Part shown: piece after piece, positions 9,701 through 17,462 of the stretch
Layout: each line of letters starts with the position of its first letter
Position numbering within the stretch: the stretch's first letter is position 1
Assembly: GCA_043806955.1 (NCBI GenBank)
Contig: JAZDGK010000066.1
Span: forward strand, 1-54,287
Length of the DNA stretch: 54,287 nucleotides
Direction: 5' to 3'
Source of the DNA: Pseudomonadota bacterium
GTDB taxonomy: Bacteria; Desulfobacterota; QYQD01; JAZDGK01
Made by a program: the position numbers and the translations under genes
The notes under the pieces: model-generated
Seen by the model: the letters and a program-made list of their open reading frames with translations, nothing else
Databases searched by the model: none
Told to the model about the DNA's origin: nothing

Positions 9701-9895
9701 GGACTGGAGTTCTTCATTGTAAATGACGCGGCCGGAATTAAGGTCGAGCTCCACTTTTTCCTGTGCCTGCTTCAGGGCCGTCTTGTCGATAAAGTCCAGG
9801 CTCCAGACGACAAAGATGACTACGGACAGTGCGGGAACAGAGAGTATTCCCAGCAAAATTCGATTCCGGATCGATCTCCTTGAGAATTTTTTCAT
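6704..9895 (-). CDS. hybrid sensor histidine kinase (Cache-like sensor, HAMP, 2x PAS, HisKA/HATPase, receiver)
   Basis: N-terminal TM segment plus periplasmic domain, then HAMP (IVRPIKELAGASEKIAEGDY). H-box HDFNNLL and G-box GTGLGLSVV are present. The C-terminal receiver is ILLIDDE...ILDMIMP. Confidence 0.9.
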   Translation of the reverse strand: MKKFSRRSIRNRILLGILSVPALSVVIFVVWSLDFIDKTALKQAQEKVELDLNSGRVIYNEELQSLCDLVLYQAMRPSIVSGITGRKRADLKVQLDEMVHLESTDILVATDSKGVVVARAGKLDFCDDDLSTDKLISKALKGARVAATDLLSLERLAHEGSELAERARIKIVPTPRAKLAKRPEYLDGGMVLAAAQPVTDRGKVVGALYAAKLLNRNFAIVDKTRDTVYRDRLYKGRMVGTATIFQGETRISTNVKRSNGTRAIGTCISAEVGEACLDKGQRWIGRAFVVNDWYITAYEPIYDIDKNTIGVLYVGTLESPYVGLKQDLFGQIALFIIGITPFGVLISIFVSKKIVRPIKELAGASEKIAEGDYTKRAIIESEDEIGMLASSFNRMAESVQTKTDALNEAQRSLYDYSKNLERLVEERTQRLLATEMRYANLFEIANDAFFTIDKDCIFTSINDYGASLAGYPKEEILGRMTLLGIVHGDDQARIRSMIDRVFAGRTSTVGISFRIIDKTGKEKIVEMNISVLKGSATDTEILGIARDVTERRRLEEEVARTRDELQVLFNSITDGINVVDRNYSIIKANAGMAKQRGIPVGNMIGRKCYKVFHDRDGRCKRCLVEETFRTGDPAFETRERTRTDGTTITVDVFTFPIFNNDNQVIQAVEYSRDVTEGKQLEKHLFQVTKMESIGVLAGGIAHDFNNLLSGILGYASLFKVKLDEGNPLFKYADTIEQSALKAARLTQQLLTFSRGGESHRETTNVNRIAEETSQLLERTLDKNIIIRKKLNSDTWPIEADPSQIEQVLLNICINARDAMPSGGILAIKTENVLIPCDHQAACLLAAVDGKYVKISISDTGLGIDKGIQDKIFDPFFTTKDKTKGTGLGLSVVYGVVKNHEGCIHVESEVLKGTTFDIYLPASEKELTDNSIDAAPNEFVRGDETILLIDDEQIIRELGKEILENSGYKVMLASDGIEALTLYENLKKEIALVILDMIMPRLGGIETFDRLRLMNPAVKVIVSSGYSADGHYQAVLRNGARGFIQKPYKIRDLTKIVRQVLDQE

Positions 9896-9982
9896 TGATT
9901 CTGTCCGACATCAGGATTGGTTGTCAACCATTCGTATTTTTCGGCAAAAAAAGAGGATATCCTTAAGAAACTTTTGCAACAT

Positions 9983-10079
9983 AGCCTCTTGCAAAAGTTC
10001 CGTCTTTGCTTCGTGCTCTCACTCGTAATCCATGTTCAGGTTACGGGTTACGAGTTGCGCGTTACGAGTTAACATCATA
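9983..10079. repeat. RJ repeat
   Basis: agcctcttgcaaaagttccgtctttgcttcgtgctctcactcgtaatc...ggttacgggttacgagttgcg is the reverse complement of 45608-45696. Confidence 0.75.
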
Positions 10080-10463
10080 ACAACGCTTTCATTTTTCTGG
10101 TTCCGCGTCTTGAGTTTTCTTAACCCGAAACAGGGTTTTGCAAGAGGGTCAACATTGTTGCTTTTTGGTAACAGTTTAGCCCTTTGAAACGGCGCGCTGA
10201 AGCTCATTGCCAAATGGGAAATGTAAATGAAGAGACATTTTGTTCGAAATTCGGTTCGGCTCGCCCTGGGTGAATGGTGGCAGGCATCCCTCAAGAATAT
10301 TTTTTATTTGACGATCTTTTATATAGCCGGCCCGAAAACGCTTTTGGGCAGGTAGACGTATACTGCGAACGGCATTAATTGTCTGCTGAAAGGACGCTTT
10401 TCGGGTTTTTTCGGACAACGGTAAACGGATAACGGTGAACATTCACTACTAAGGGGTATCACA

Positions 10464-10805
10464 ATGGAGCAACGGAAGCTGAAGAGGAGGCATCTGGTAT
10501 ACTACCTGGAGGTCATGGACAGGAATTCCGGCCGGCATCTGGGCAATCTGGTTGATATTACGACAGAAGGGCTGATGTTGGTCACGAAGGAGCGCATCGG
10601 GCCAGACGCCCTGCTTGAATTCAGAATTGTCCTGCCGTCCGGCCTTCTGGGCAAACCGTATTTGGACCTCGACGGGAAAAGCCTGTGGTGCGAACTTGAC
10701 GTCAACCCTGATCTGTTCGCAACCGGTTTTCGGTTTTTCAATATATCAGAAGAGACTCTTGATGATATAGAACATCTGATTGAACACTACGGGTTCAACG
10801 ATTAA
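10464..10805 (+). CDS. PilZ domain protein
   Basis: RKLKR (RxxxR) and DITTEG (D/NxS/TxxG) motifs in a 113-aa single-domain protein. Confidence 0.8.
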   Translation: MEQRKLKRRHLVYYLEVMDRNSGRHLGNLVDITTEGLMLVTKERIGPDALLEFRIVLPSGLLGKPYLDLDGKSLWCELDVNPDLFATGFRFFNISEETLDDIEHLIEHYGFND

Positions 10806-10849
10806 TAAGCCGTCAGCGGTCAGCTTTCAGCAAAACACGTCTCATCCCG

Positions 10850-12130
10850 TCAGTGTACAGAGCAGGAAAAACAGGGGTCGTACGCTCGGACCAGTTGTTC
10901 GCATTTTGACTTCAGATCCCCCGGCCCGGCCTTTTCCGCGTAATTCTCGGCCAGAGAATGCAGATCTCTTTCGATATTAGCGAAGTTATGGGAAGTGGGA
11001 GTCACAACATTGGCTTTCCTGACGGCGCCGGAGCGATCTATGGCGTAACTGTGCATCAACAACCCGCGCGGCGCTTCCGTAATTGATATCCCTTCGCCTT
11101 CCCGGATTTCAACTTGCGGCGCCTCCTCTGTAAGATCTATCCCTTGGAGCAGGCGTATGCACTCCATCATGCCGCCATGGACCTCTAGCGCCTGTGCCGG
11201 ATTGTTATGATACGGGTTTCGGTCAGGTCTTCGAAAACCGACTTCACGGGCAAGTGCCTGTGTATGGTCGGGCAGTTGAGCAAATTTCAGATTCAGGCGA
11301 GCAAGCGCCCCTGACATTATACTCCCGCCGTTTTTGAGGTAAGATTTCTTGGCCATGGCATAGTCCTGCTGTTCTTCATGGAAGACAGCCGGATATTGCC
11401 TGATCTCCAAATCAATGCCTCCGGAAGAGACCACGTGACCCTCGTTCACTGCGTATTCCCCGTCTTTATGAAGGGCCACGAATTCGGCCTGGGTATTTAT
11501 CTCCGGATAAGGCAGCCCGCTGAAGAGACGGACCGTGTCCCCGGCCATGGGAAGGAGTTCTTCAACTTCTCTGATCATGGTATCAAAGCTCTCCCGTGAC
11601 GGGATCCTGGTGAAGCCGCCAACAACTAAAGCTATGGGATGAAGGGGCCGGCCGCCGATTATTTCCCCTATTTTGTTCATGACCGTTTTCATCTGAAGGA
11701 AGTCATTCTTTTCCTTTTCAAAACCATGCATCATGGTAAAAAAACCAGGATGACCAAAGTAGTCCGGCAGTGCGAACATGTACAGATGGACCAGATGGCT
11801 GGCTACTATTTGAGAAAGGCATATCAGACGGCGCAGCACTTTTGTCTGCAGACTGGGGGTGATTCCCATTGCGTCTTCAACTGCCTGAATGGCGGTGGTC
11901 ATGTGTGAAATCGGGCAAATCCCGCAGATACGGGCGACAATATCCCCGACCTCGCTGTACTTTCTGCCTGCCAGGAAACCTTCGAAAAACCTGGGCGGCT
12001 CAAAAATCTTCAGTTTTATCTCCTCGACGGCGCCGTCCTTTGTTTTTACCAGAATGGATGTCTCGCCTTCTACCCGGGCAAGAAAATCTACATGGCACGC
12101 GTGGGATTCAGGGGGTCGTGGCTGGGCCAT
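10850..12130 (-). CDS. [NiFe]-hydrogenase large (alpha) subunit, group 3b-like
   Basis: RVEGE, RICGICPISH and the C-terminal DPCFSCSVH motifs. Start chosen at MAQPRPP (12130), overlapping the small-subunit gene. The longer ORF to 12322 was rejected. Confidence 0.9.
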   Translation of the reverse strand: MAQPRPPESHACHVDFLARVEGETSILVKTKDGAVEEIKLKIFEPPRFFEGFLAGRKYSEVGDIVARICGICPISHMTTAIQAVEDAMGITPSLQTKVLRRLICLSQIVASHLVHLYMFALPDYFGHPGFFTMMHGFEKEKNDFLQMKTVMNKIGEIIGGRPLHPIALVVGGFTRIPSRESFDTMIREVEELLPMAGDTVRLFSGLPYPEINTQAEFVALHKDGEYAVNEGHVVSSGGIDLEIRQYPAVFHEEQQDYAMAKKSYLKNGGSIMSGALARLNLKFAQLPDHTQALAREVGFRRPDRNPYHNNPAQALEVHGGMMECIRLLQGIDLTEEAPQVEIREGEGISITEAPRGLLMHSYAIDRSGAVRKANVVTPTSHNFANIERDLHSLAENYAEKAGPGDLKSKCEQLVRAYDPCFSCSVH

Positions 12131-12896
12131 AAAGCTCCGCACCTCTTCGGAATTCGGGTTTTGCTGCAGCGTACTGGGTGAATCGACGATAAATATCGTC
12201 TCGAGAAACTCCCATCTTTTCAAATTGCCTTGCCAGTGCCGGGGTGTTTGCATCCTGCATCGGGCCCCAGCATCCGTAGCAGGCGCGATCATAGGAAGGG
12301 CATAAGGCCCCGCAGCCCGCATTGGTTACCGGTCCCATGCAGGGCCACTTGTGGGAGACAAGGACGCAGGTATTCTTCTTAAGCTTGCACTCCACGCAAA
12401 CCGCATAGTTAAAAAAGACCGGGCTCTTGCCTATGAGCAGGGACATGAACGCCTCCACCAGGTCTCGTTCTCCCATCGGGCAGCCCTTGATATACCCATC
12501 GACCGGGACATAGTCGTCCACCGGATGTGTTTTCATGGAGTGTATTTGCGGTATCCGTTCATAAACCCTCTTTTCTATTTCCAGTTCCGTCGTGCTGTTC
12601 TTTATGGCCGGAACGCCTCCGTTTACCGCGCATGAACCTATAGGAAACAAGTACCGCGCATTCTGGCGTACCCTTTTCAGTTGGTCGGCCTGTTCCACTT
12701 CGGTAATAGCCCCGTCTATGAGGACAAGGTCGAAAGGACCTGTATCCTCTCCCCCGCTCTGCCCCATTCTGAAGTATACAATCTCAACGTTGTCGAAGAT
12801 TTCCTGAATATGCTTCTGAAAATAGATCAGCTCGAACTCGCACCCCGCGCAGCAGGTATACTTAAAGACACCCAGACGAATTCTCTTCATAAACAC
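12108..12896 (-). CDS. [NiFe]-hydrogenase small (delta) subunit
   Basis: KYTCCAGCEFE and further Cys clusters typical of NAD(P)/F420-type small subunits. GAGGTG RBS upstream. Confidence 0.85.
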   Translation of the reverse strand: MFMKRIRLGVFKYTCCAGCEFELIYFQKHIQEIFDNVEIVYFRMGQSGGEDTGPFDLVLIDGAITEVEQADQLKRVRQNARYLFPIGSCAVNGGVPAIKNSTTELEIEKRVYERIPQIHSMKTHPVDDYVPVDGYIKGCPMGERDLVEAFMSLLIGKSPVFFNYAVCVECKLKKNTCVLVSHKWPCMGPVTNAGCGALCPSYDRACYGCWGPMQDANTPALARQFEKMGVSRDDIYRRFTQYAAAKPEFRRGAELYGPATTP

Positions 12897-12907
12897 CTCG
12901 ACGATGA

Positions 12908-12928
12908 AGTCAGGAGTCAGGAGTCAGA
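12908..12928. repeat. heptamer tandem array (agtcagg)x3
   Basis: Direct reading of the sequence. Related arrays lie at 17580-17605 and 45723-45740. Confidence 0.7.
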
Positions 12929-12993
12929 ATAACAACCCCGGACCGCTTTTTCCTGCTCAGCACTCAGTACTCACCACTCAGTACTCTTTCATC

Positions 12994-13025
12994 ATTCCGC
13001 AATCCGAAATCCGCAATCCGCAATC
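12994..13025 (-). repeat. heptamer tandem array (ccgcaat type) abutting the hydG-like stop codon
   Basis: The array attccgcaatccgaaatccgcaatccgcaatc overlaps the first two bases of the TGA at 13024-13026. Confidence 0.8.
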
Positions 13026-13848
13026 ACAAGAGTGTGTCCGAAAACCTCGCGATGTCCGGATAGCTGAACACGGGCCCGTCCTGGCAGACAAATTTTGCGC
13101 CGATCTGGCAATGGCCGCAGTGGGCTGTGCCGCAACGCATATTTCTTTCTAGAGAGACGTAAATGCTTTCCTCTCTGAACCCTTCGCGGACGAGCTGCCT
13201 GGCTGCAAAGCGCATCATGATCTCGGGACCGCACGTGAAGGCTATGCTGTTGGAGGGATTCAGACTGAGCCCTTCCATGTGTTGCGTTACCAGACCGGCC
13301 CGAAGATTCAGATCAGAGTCTGCAAACTCGTCTACGCAGTAAATCGTTTCGAGGGAGTCCGACTCCTGCCAGGCGCGGAGTTCATCATGAAAGATCATGT
13401 CGCGGGGTGTCTTTGCACCGTAAACAAAGACCAGTTTGCCGATTTGGACACGATGTTCGAGACAATAGTGAAGCAGCGATGTCACGGGCGCGAGTCCAAT
13501 ACCCCCCGCTATCAGCAGCACGTCTTTCCCCGCAACTCCTTGAATCGGCCAGCCCCTTCCCAGCGGTCCCCGAAACATGATATTTCCTCCTCTTTCGAGA
13601 CCGGCTATCAATCGAGTAACGTTTCCGACCCTCCGAATGGTATGCGTGAACTCCCGAGCATTCCCGTCAGGGAGGGAACTGCAAGAAATAGCCGCTTCCC
13701 CGACCCCGGGAAGCCCGAGCATATTGAACTGACCGGGGCAGAAATGAAGGGCTTCCCCATCGTCGGGAACAAAGGTATAAGAACTCGTATCCGCTGTTTC
13801 CTGCCGGATATCTGCAAGACGGGCAGTTCGATAGCTGGGATGGTACAT
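13024..13848 (-). CDS. hydrogenase gamma subunit, FAD/NAD(P)-binding oxidoreductase with 2Fe-2S (AsrB/HydG-like)
   Basis: Ferredoxin-reductase-type fold with a C-terminal CGTAHCGHCQIG cluster motif. Confidence 0.85.
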   Translation of the reverse strand: MYHPSYRTARLADIRQETADTSSYTFVPDDGEALHFCPGQFNMLGLPGVGEAAISCSSLPDGNAREFTHTIRRVGNVTRLIAGLERGGNIMFRGPLGRGWPIQGVAGKDVLLIAGGIGLAPVTSLLHYCLEHRVQIGKLVFVYGAKTPRDMIFHDELRAWQESDSLETIYCVDEFADSDLNLRAGLVTQHMEGLSLNPSNSIAFTCGPEIMMRFAARQLVREGFREESIYVSLERNMRCGTAHCGHCQIGAKFVCQDGPVFSYPDIARFSDTLL

Positions 13849-13867
13849 GGTTGTGTCGGAGTCGCTC

Positions 13868-14052
13868 TAAGGGCTTGCTCAGAAATAAACCGGCATTTTA
13901 GGCGCTCAGATTTAGGTCAGATTTGTTCGATCCGAGGCTGCAAAACCGGAGGAACAGTCGTTCTATTTCGAGGATTTTGCAGTTGAGGATCGGACGAAGC
14001 CGGCCTGAAGCTGTGATGCATAAAGAGCCGAGTTATTTCTGAGCAAGCCCTA
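13868..14052. repeat. RB family palindromic MITE-like element (intact, 185 bp)
   Basis: Termini are taagggcttgctcagaaataa / ttatttctgagcaagccctaa. Other copies lie at 39890-40239 and 41860-42034. Confidence 0.85.
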
Positions 14053-14215
14053 ATGATGCGTTACGAAATAACTGTGACATCTTGCTAGTCTTTTGGGCCG
14101 TATTCTGCGTTGCTTAAGGAGTCACATACTTCAGTATGCTCGCCCCTTAAGCAGCCTTGAATACAGCCCAAAATCCGGCGCAATCTTGTGCCACTTATTT
14201 CGTAGCGCATCCTAA
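14053..14215. repeat. RC family element (intact), directly abutting RB
   Basis: tgatgcgttacgaaataa ... ttatttcgtagcgcatcctaa. It is the reverse-oriented homologue of the arms of 5108-5426. Confidence 0.85.
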
Positions 14216-14226
14216 TGATCGTTTTT

Positions 14227-15306
14227 TCAAATACTTCTCGATAAAACTTCCTTTGCGGCGGGGGCCTTTTCCGTGGCCATTATTTCTTTGGCCATTACCG
14301 TCAGATCAATGTTCGTAGGGCACCAGGTCATACACCTGCCGCAGCCTACGCATCCGAAACATCCGAATTGCTCCATCCAGGTGGCAAGTTTGTGTGTTAC
14401 AAACTGTCTCAAGCGGGCGGTGCGGTTATCCCGAAAGTTTCCCCCATACACCTGGGCGAAATGGAGCTCCTGGCAGGAGTCCTTGTAACGCGTTCGCTCG
14501 CACCGGGTAAGGTCAAAATCCATGTGGTCTTTTGTGTTGTAACAAAAGCATGTCGGACAGACCATAGTGCAGTTGGTGCAATTCAAGCATCTCTGGTCGG
14601 CTGTGCGCTTCCACACGGGATGATCCGGATTAGTCAAAAGGCTTTCCACCACGTGGCTTGTGTCGAGCTTCTTTCGGAACTCTGTTTCCAGCTCCCGACC
14701 TGTCTCACGCTTCTGCTCGAAATGGATCTCTGTGGCACGTTCCAGCCCGAGTGGTTCTACAAGTTCAAGAGCCCTGTCTCCAAGGGTCTCCACGAGAAAA
14801 CAGGCACCATTCAAGTTCGTCAGAAGAAGATCGTAAACGCCCTTCACATTGAAGAGAGGGCCGGTTCCCATGGATGCACAAAAGCACTGGCGATAAACCC
14901 GGATACAATGCAGGCCTATGATTACCGTATTTTCACGCCATAGCCGGTAGTTCCTGTCCTCCATGCCCTTCTTCAAAAATACCTTGTCCAGCACCAGGAT
15001 GGCGTGAAGATCGCAGGAATGGACACCAAAGAGGACCTGCCGGGGCACTGTCCGGGGGACTTCGACTTCGTACTTCCCCCCTCGCAAATAGATAGTGCAG
15101 AGGTTTTCTTCAGTATGATAAATGGCTGTCTGAGGCCCCATCTCAGTCAGATCATAATCCACGTTGATTTCATGAGCCGACCGGACTTCAACCCAGGCCG
15201 GCCCACCCGGACGGTCAACCGGTCCGACCAGTTGGAAGTCTTTCCGCAAATCTTCCAGCCAGGGAATCAGACGGTCTTTTTCAAGCAAAAAGGCTTGTTC
15301 CTGCAT
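14227..15306 (-). CDS. hydrogenase beta subunit, 4Fe-4S protein (AsrA/HydB-like)
   Basis: CLNCTNCTMVCPTC and CVGCGRCMTWCP ferredoxin motifs. Start chosen at MQEQAFLLEK (15306). Confidence 0.85.
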   Translation of the reverse strand: MQEQAFLLEKDRLIPWLEDLRKDFQLVGPVDRPGGPAWVEVRSAHEINVDYDLTEMGPQTAIYHTEENLCTIYLRGGKYEVEVPRTVPRQVLFGVHSCDLHAILVLDKVFLKKGMEDRNYRLWRENTVIIGLHCIRVYRQCFCASMGTGPLFNVKGVYDLLLTNLNGACFLVETLGDRALELVEPLGLERATEIHFEQKRETGRELETEFRKKLDTSHVVESLLTNPDHPVWKRTADQRCLNCTNCTMVCPTCFCYNTKDHMDFDLTRCERTRYKDSCQELHFAQVYGGNFRDNRTARLRQFVTHKLATWMEQFGCFGCVGCGRCMTWCPTNIDLTVMAKEIMATEKAPAAKEVLSRSI

Positions 15307-15322
15307 GAATACTTCACCCCGG

Positions 15323-15376
15323 AGACACAGAGATAAAGAAATGATCATTCAATCAGGAAATCACGAAAGCAGGAAA
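15323..15376 (-). repeat. RM short repeat in the hydB-like 5' leader
   Basis: Inverted copy of 6585-6639. It creates the spurious MIISLSLCL N-terminal ORF extensions seen at both loci. Confidence 0.75.
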
Positions 15377-15411
15377 CGGAATGAAGACCTTGATAAGGTA
15401 GATTTTTGCTG

Positions 15412-15702
15412 GGAGCCTGTCGGACTTAGGGGATCGTCACGAGGAAGTGGAGGAACGAGACCAAATAATCACGAATTTGAGGCGCATAATAACCGTTCAC
15501 TGTTGACCGTTGACCGTTCACCTGCGAGGTACTTTTTGGGCCTCACGAATCATGGTGGCTGATTCACGGAGAATACTTTCACCGTATGCCAAAAAGAATC
15601 TGGCCATGTTTTGTCGGACAACGGTGAACTGATAACGGTAAACGGATACCGGCCGTTCCCCCACACTTCCGCAGTAGATCACCCCTAAGTCCGACAGGCT
15701 CC
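15412..15702 (+). repeat. RA element interrupted by an RD element
   Basis: Both RA termini are perfect. The central RA segment is replaced by RD (15491-15640). Confidence 0.8.
15491..15640 (-). repeat. RD element nested in RA
   Basis: The reverse complement matches gtatccgtt(c/t)accgttatc...ccgttgtccg of 5191-5353. Confidence 0.75.
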
Positions 15703-15856
15703 TATTTATAGTCTAGTTGAGCATCATTGATATTTCAATTGAAAAGTCATGTAATCCGACGGAGTAGTCAGAACCCGCAACCCATAACCCAACCCCGGGC
15801 ATCATTATTCAATCGGGAACCCTGGAAAACCGATTCACCCTTCACCGAACGTGTCC

Positions 15857-15886
15857 CTCAGCACTCAGCACTCAGCACTCAGCACT
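15857..15886. repeat. heptamer tandem array (ctcagca)x4
   Basis: Direct reading of the sequence. Degenerate versions lie at 12958-12985 and 27003-27020. Confidence 0.75.
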
Positions 15887-15928
15887 TTTTCTGTCTCCGC
15901 GTCTCCCCTTCACCGCGTCTTATTATTT

Positions 15929-15954
15929 CATTCCGCAATCCGCATTCCGCAATC
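15929..15954 (-). repeat. heptamer array (ccgcaat type) next to the malQ stop
   Basis: attccgcaatccgcattccgcaatcc ends 8 nt before the TAG at 15963-15965. Confidence 0.8.
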
Positions 15955-15962
15955 CACACTTC

Positions 15963-17462
15963 CTACCCCCTCCCATAGATATTCGTCATATGCGCCAAGC
16001 GTTCTGTAACCGACGGCCTTATCTGATGGGATTCCAGTCTCCATGCCCAGTTGCGCTTAATGGTTCCCGGCAGGTTCATTCTTGCTTTTTCGCCAAGCCC
16101 GAGCACGTCCTGCATGGGAATGACGGCAGTATCCGCCACCGACATCATGGCCATTCGCACGAATTCCCAGTGTATGTCGTCTGCCGAAATCTCCCGCCCC
16201 ACGTAGTCCCAGATCCTCTTTTTGTCTTCAGCGTTCGCCTCCGATTCGAACCATCCTCTGACCGTATTATTGTCATGCGTGCCCGTATAAACGATGGAGT
16301 TTTTCACGTGATTATGAGGAGCATAGGGGTTGGTGGCCATGCCGTCCCCAAAGGCGAAGAGGAGTACCTTCATGGTGGGCATACCGAAATGATCTATCAC
16401 TTCCCTTACATCCGCAGTTATGTAACCCAGATCCTCGGCAATTACGGGAAGGCAGGCAAAGCGTTTGTAAAGACTCTCAAAAAAATCAACAGCAGGGGCA
16501 TTTACCCATTTGCCCTTCATAGCTGTTTTTTCACCGGCTCCCACTTCCCAGTAAGCGACAAAACCTCTGAAATGATCGAGCCGGATGATATCATAGAGTT
16601 TGAATCCCTTTTCGAGGCGCTCAGCCCACCAGGCATAACGGTTTCCTTTTAAGACGTCCCAGTCATAAACGGGATTTCCCCAGAGTTGCCCGGTCGAGCT
16701 GAAATAGTCCGGGGGCACCCCTGCCACGAAAACAGGCTCTCTCTTTTCATTTAACTTGAATACCTCGGGATGGGTCCAGACCTGGGTACTGTCATGATTG
16801 ACGTAAATGGGCATGTCTCCGATAATCTGAATGCCCTTCCGGTTGCAGTGCTGTTTCAGCAAGTCCCACTGGTTGAAGAAGATATACTGAAAGAACTTTT
16901 CCATATTGATCCTGTCAGCCAGCTTGCCCTTCCACTCCGACAAGGCGTTCTCTCTGCGATACTTGAGTCCTTCAGGCCAACTCGTCCATGCCGATCCGTT
17001 AAAACTGTCCTTCAGGGCCACAAACAGGGCGTAGTCTTCAAGCCAATCGGAATTCTCCCGGCAAAAACCTTCAAACTCACAATCGGTCTTGATCCTCTCT
17101 CGGCAGCGTTCGTATGCAAGACGAAGCAGTTTACTCTTGTATTTGACGGCTGCTTTGTACAGGACCATATCAGAGACGAAACGGGGAGGGGATTCGATAT
17201 CGGATTTGGAAATGAAACCATTCTCGGCAAGGAGGTCAGGACTGATAAACAGACAGTTTCCGGCATAAGCCGAAAAGCTGCTGTAGGGCGAATTGCCGTG
17301 AATGCCGGCTATCGGATTCAAGGGCAGAATCTGCCAGTAGCTCTGCCCTGATTCCAAAAGAAAGTCTACGAATTTATATGCCCCGGGACCGAAATCACCT
17401 ATGCCGTAAGGTGACGGGAGCGATGAGATATGGAGAAGTATCCCGCTTCCTCTTTTTTGCAT
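15963..17462 (-). CDS. malQ: 4-alpha-glucanotransferase (amylomaltase, GH77)
   Basis: RGSGILLHISSLPSPYGIGDFG N-terminus and GH77 length and organisation (499 aa). Confidence 0.9.
   Translation of the reverse strand: MQKRGSGILLHISSLPSPYGIGDFGPGAYKFVDFLLESGQSYWQILPLNPIAGIHGNSPYSSFSAYAGNCLFISPDLLAENGFISKSDIESPPRFVSDMVLYKAAVKYKSKLLRLAYERCRERIKTDCEFEGFCRENSDWLEDYALFVALKDSFNGSAWTSWPEGLKYRRENALSEWKGKLADRINMEKFFQYIFFNQWDLLKQHCNRKGIQIIGDMPIYVNHDSTQVWTHPEVFKLNEKREPVFVAGVPPDYFSSTGQLWGNPVYDWDVLKGNRYAWWAERLEKGFKLYDIIRLDHFRGFVAYWEVGAGEKTAMKGKWVNAPAVDFFESLYKRFACLPVIAEDLGYITADVREVIDHFGMPTMKVLLFAFGDGMATNPYAPHNHVKNSIVYTGTHDNNTVRGWFESEANAEDKKRIWDYVGREISADDIHWEFVRMAMMSVADTAVIPMQDVLGLGEKARMNLPGTIKRNWAWRLESHQIRPSVTERLAHMTNIYGRG

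Noticed and set aside
10850-12322. A 490-aa version of the hydrogenase large subunit.
   Set aside because: The first 64 codons overlap the small-subunit gene in another frame and have no homology-like content. The conserved N-terminus begins at MAQPRPP...RVEGE.
12900-13025. Possible CRISPR array, because of the short tandem repeats.
   Set aside because: The units are 7 nt with no spacers, and the arrays are only 20-40 bp long. There are no cas genes. The larger dispersed repeats are palindromic, 55-230 bp long and not regularly spaced.
13868-13875. TTAGGG at element termini as a telomere-like repeat.
   Set aside because: It occurs as single copies at the ends of inverted repeats, not as tandem arrays. 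It is best read as part of a recombinase recognition end.
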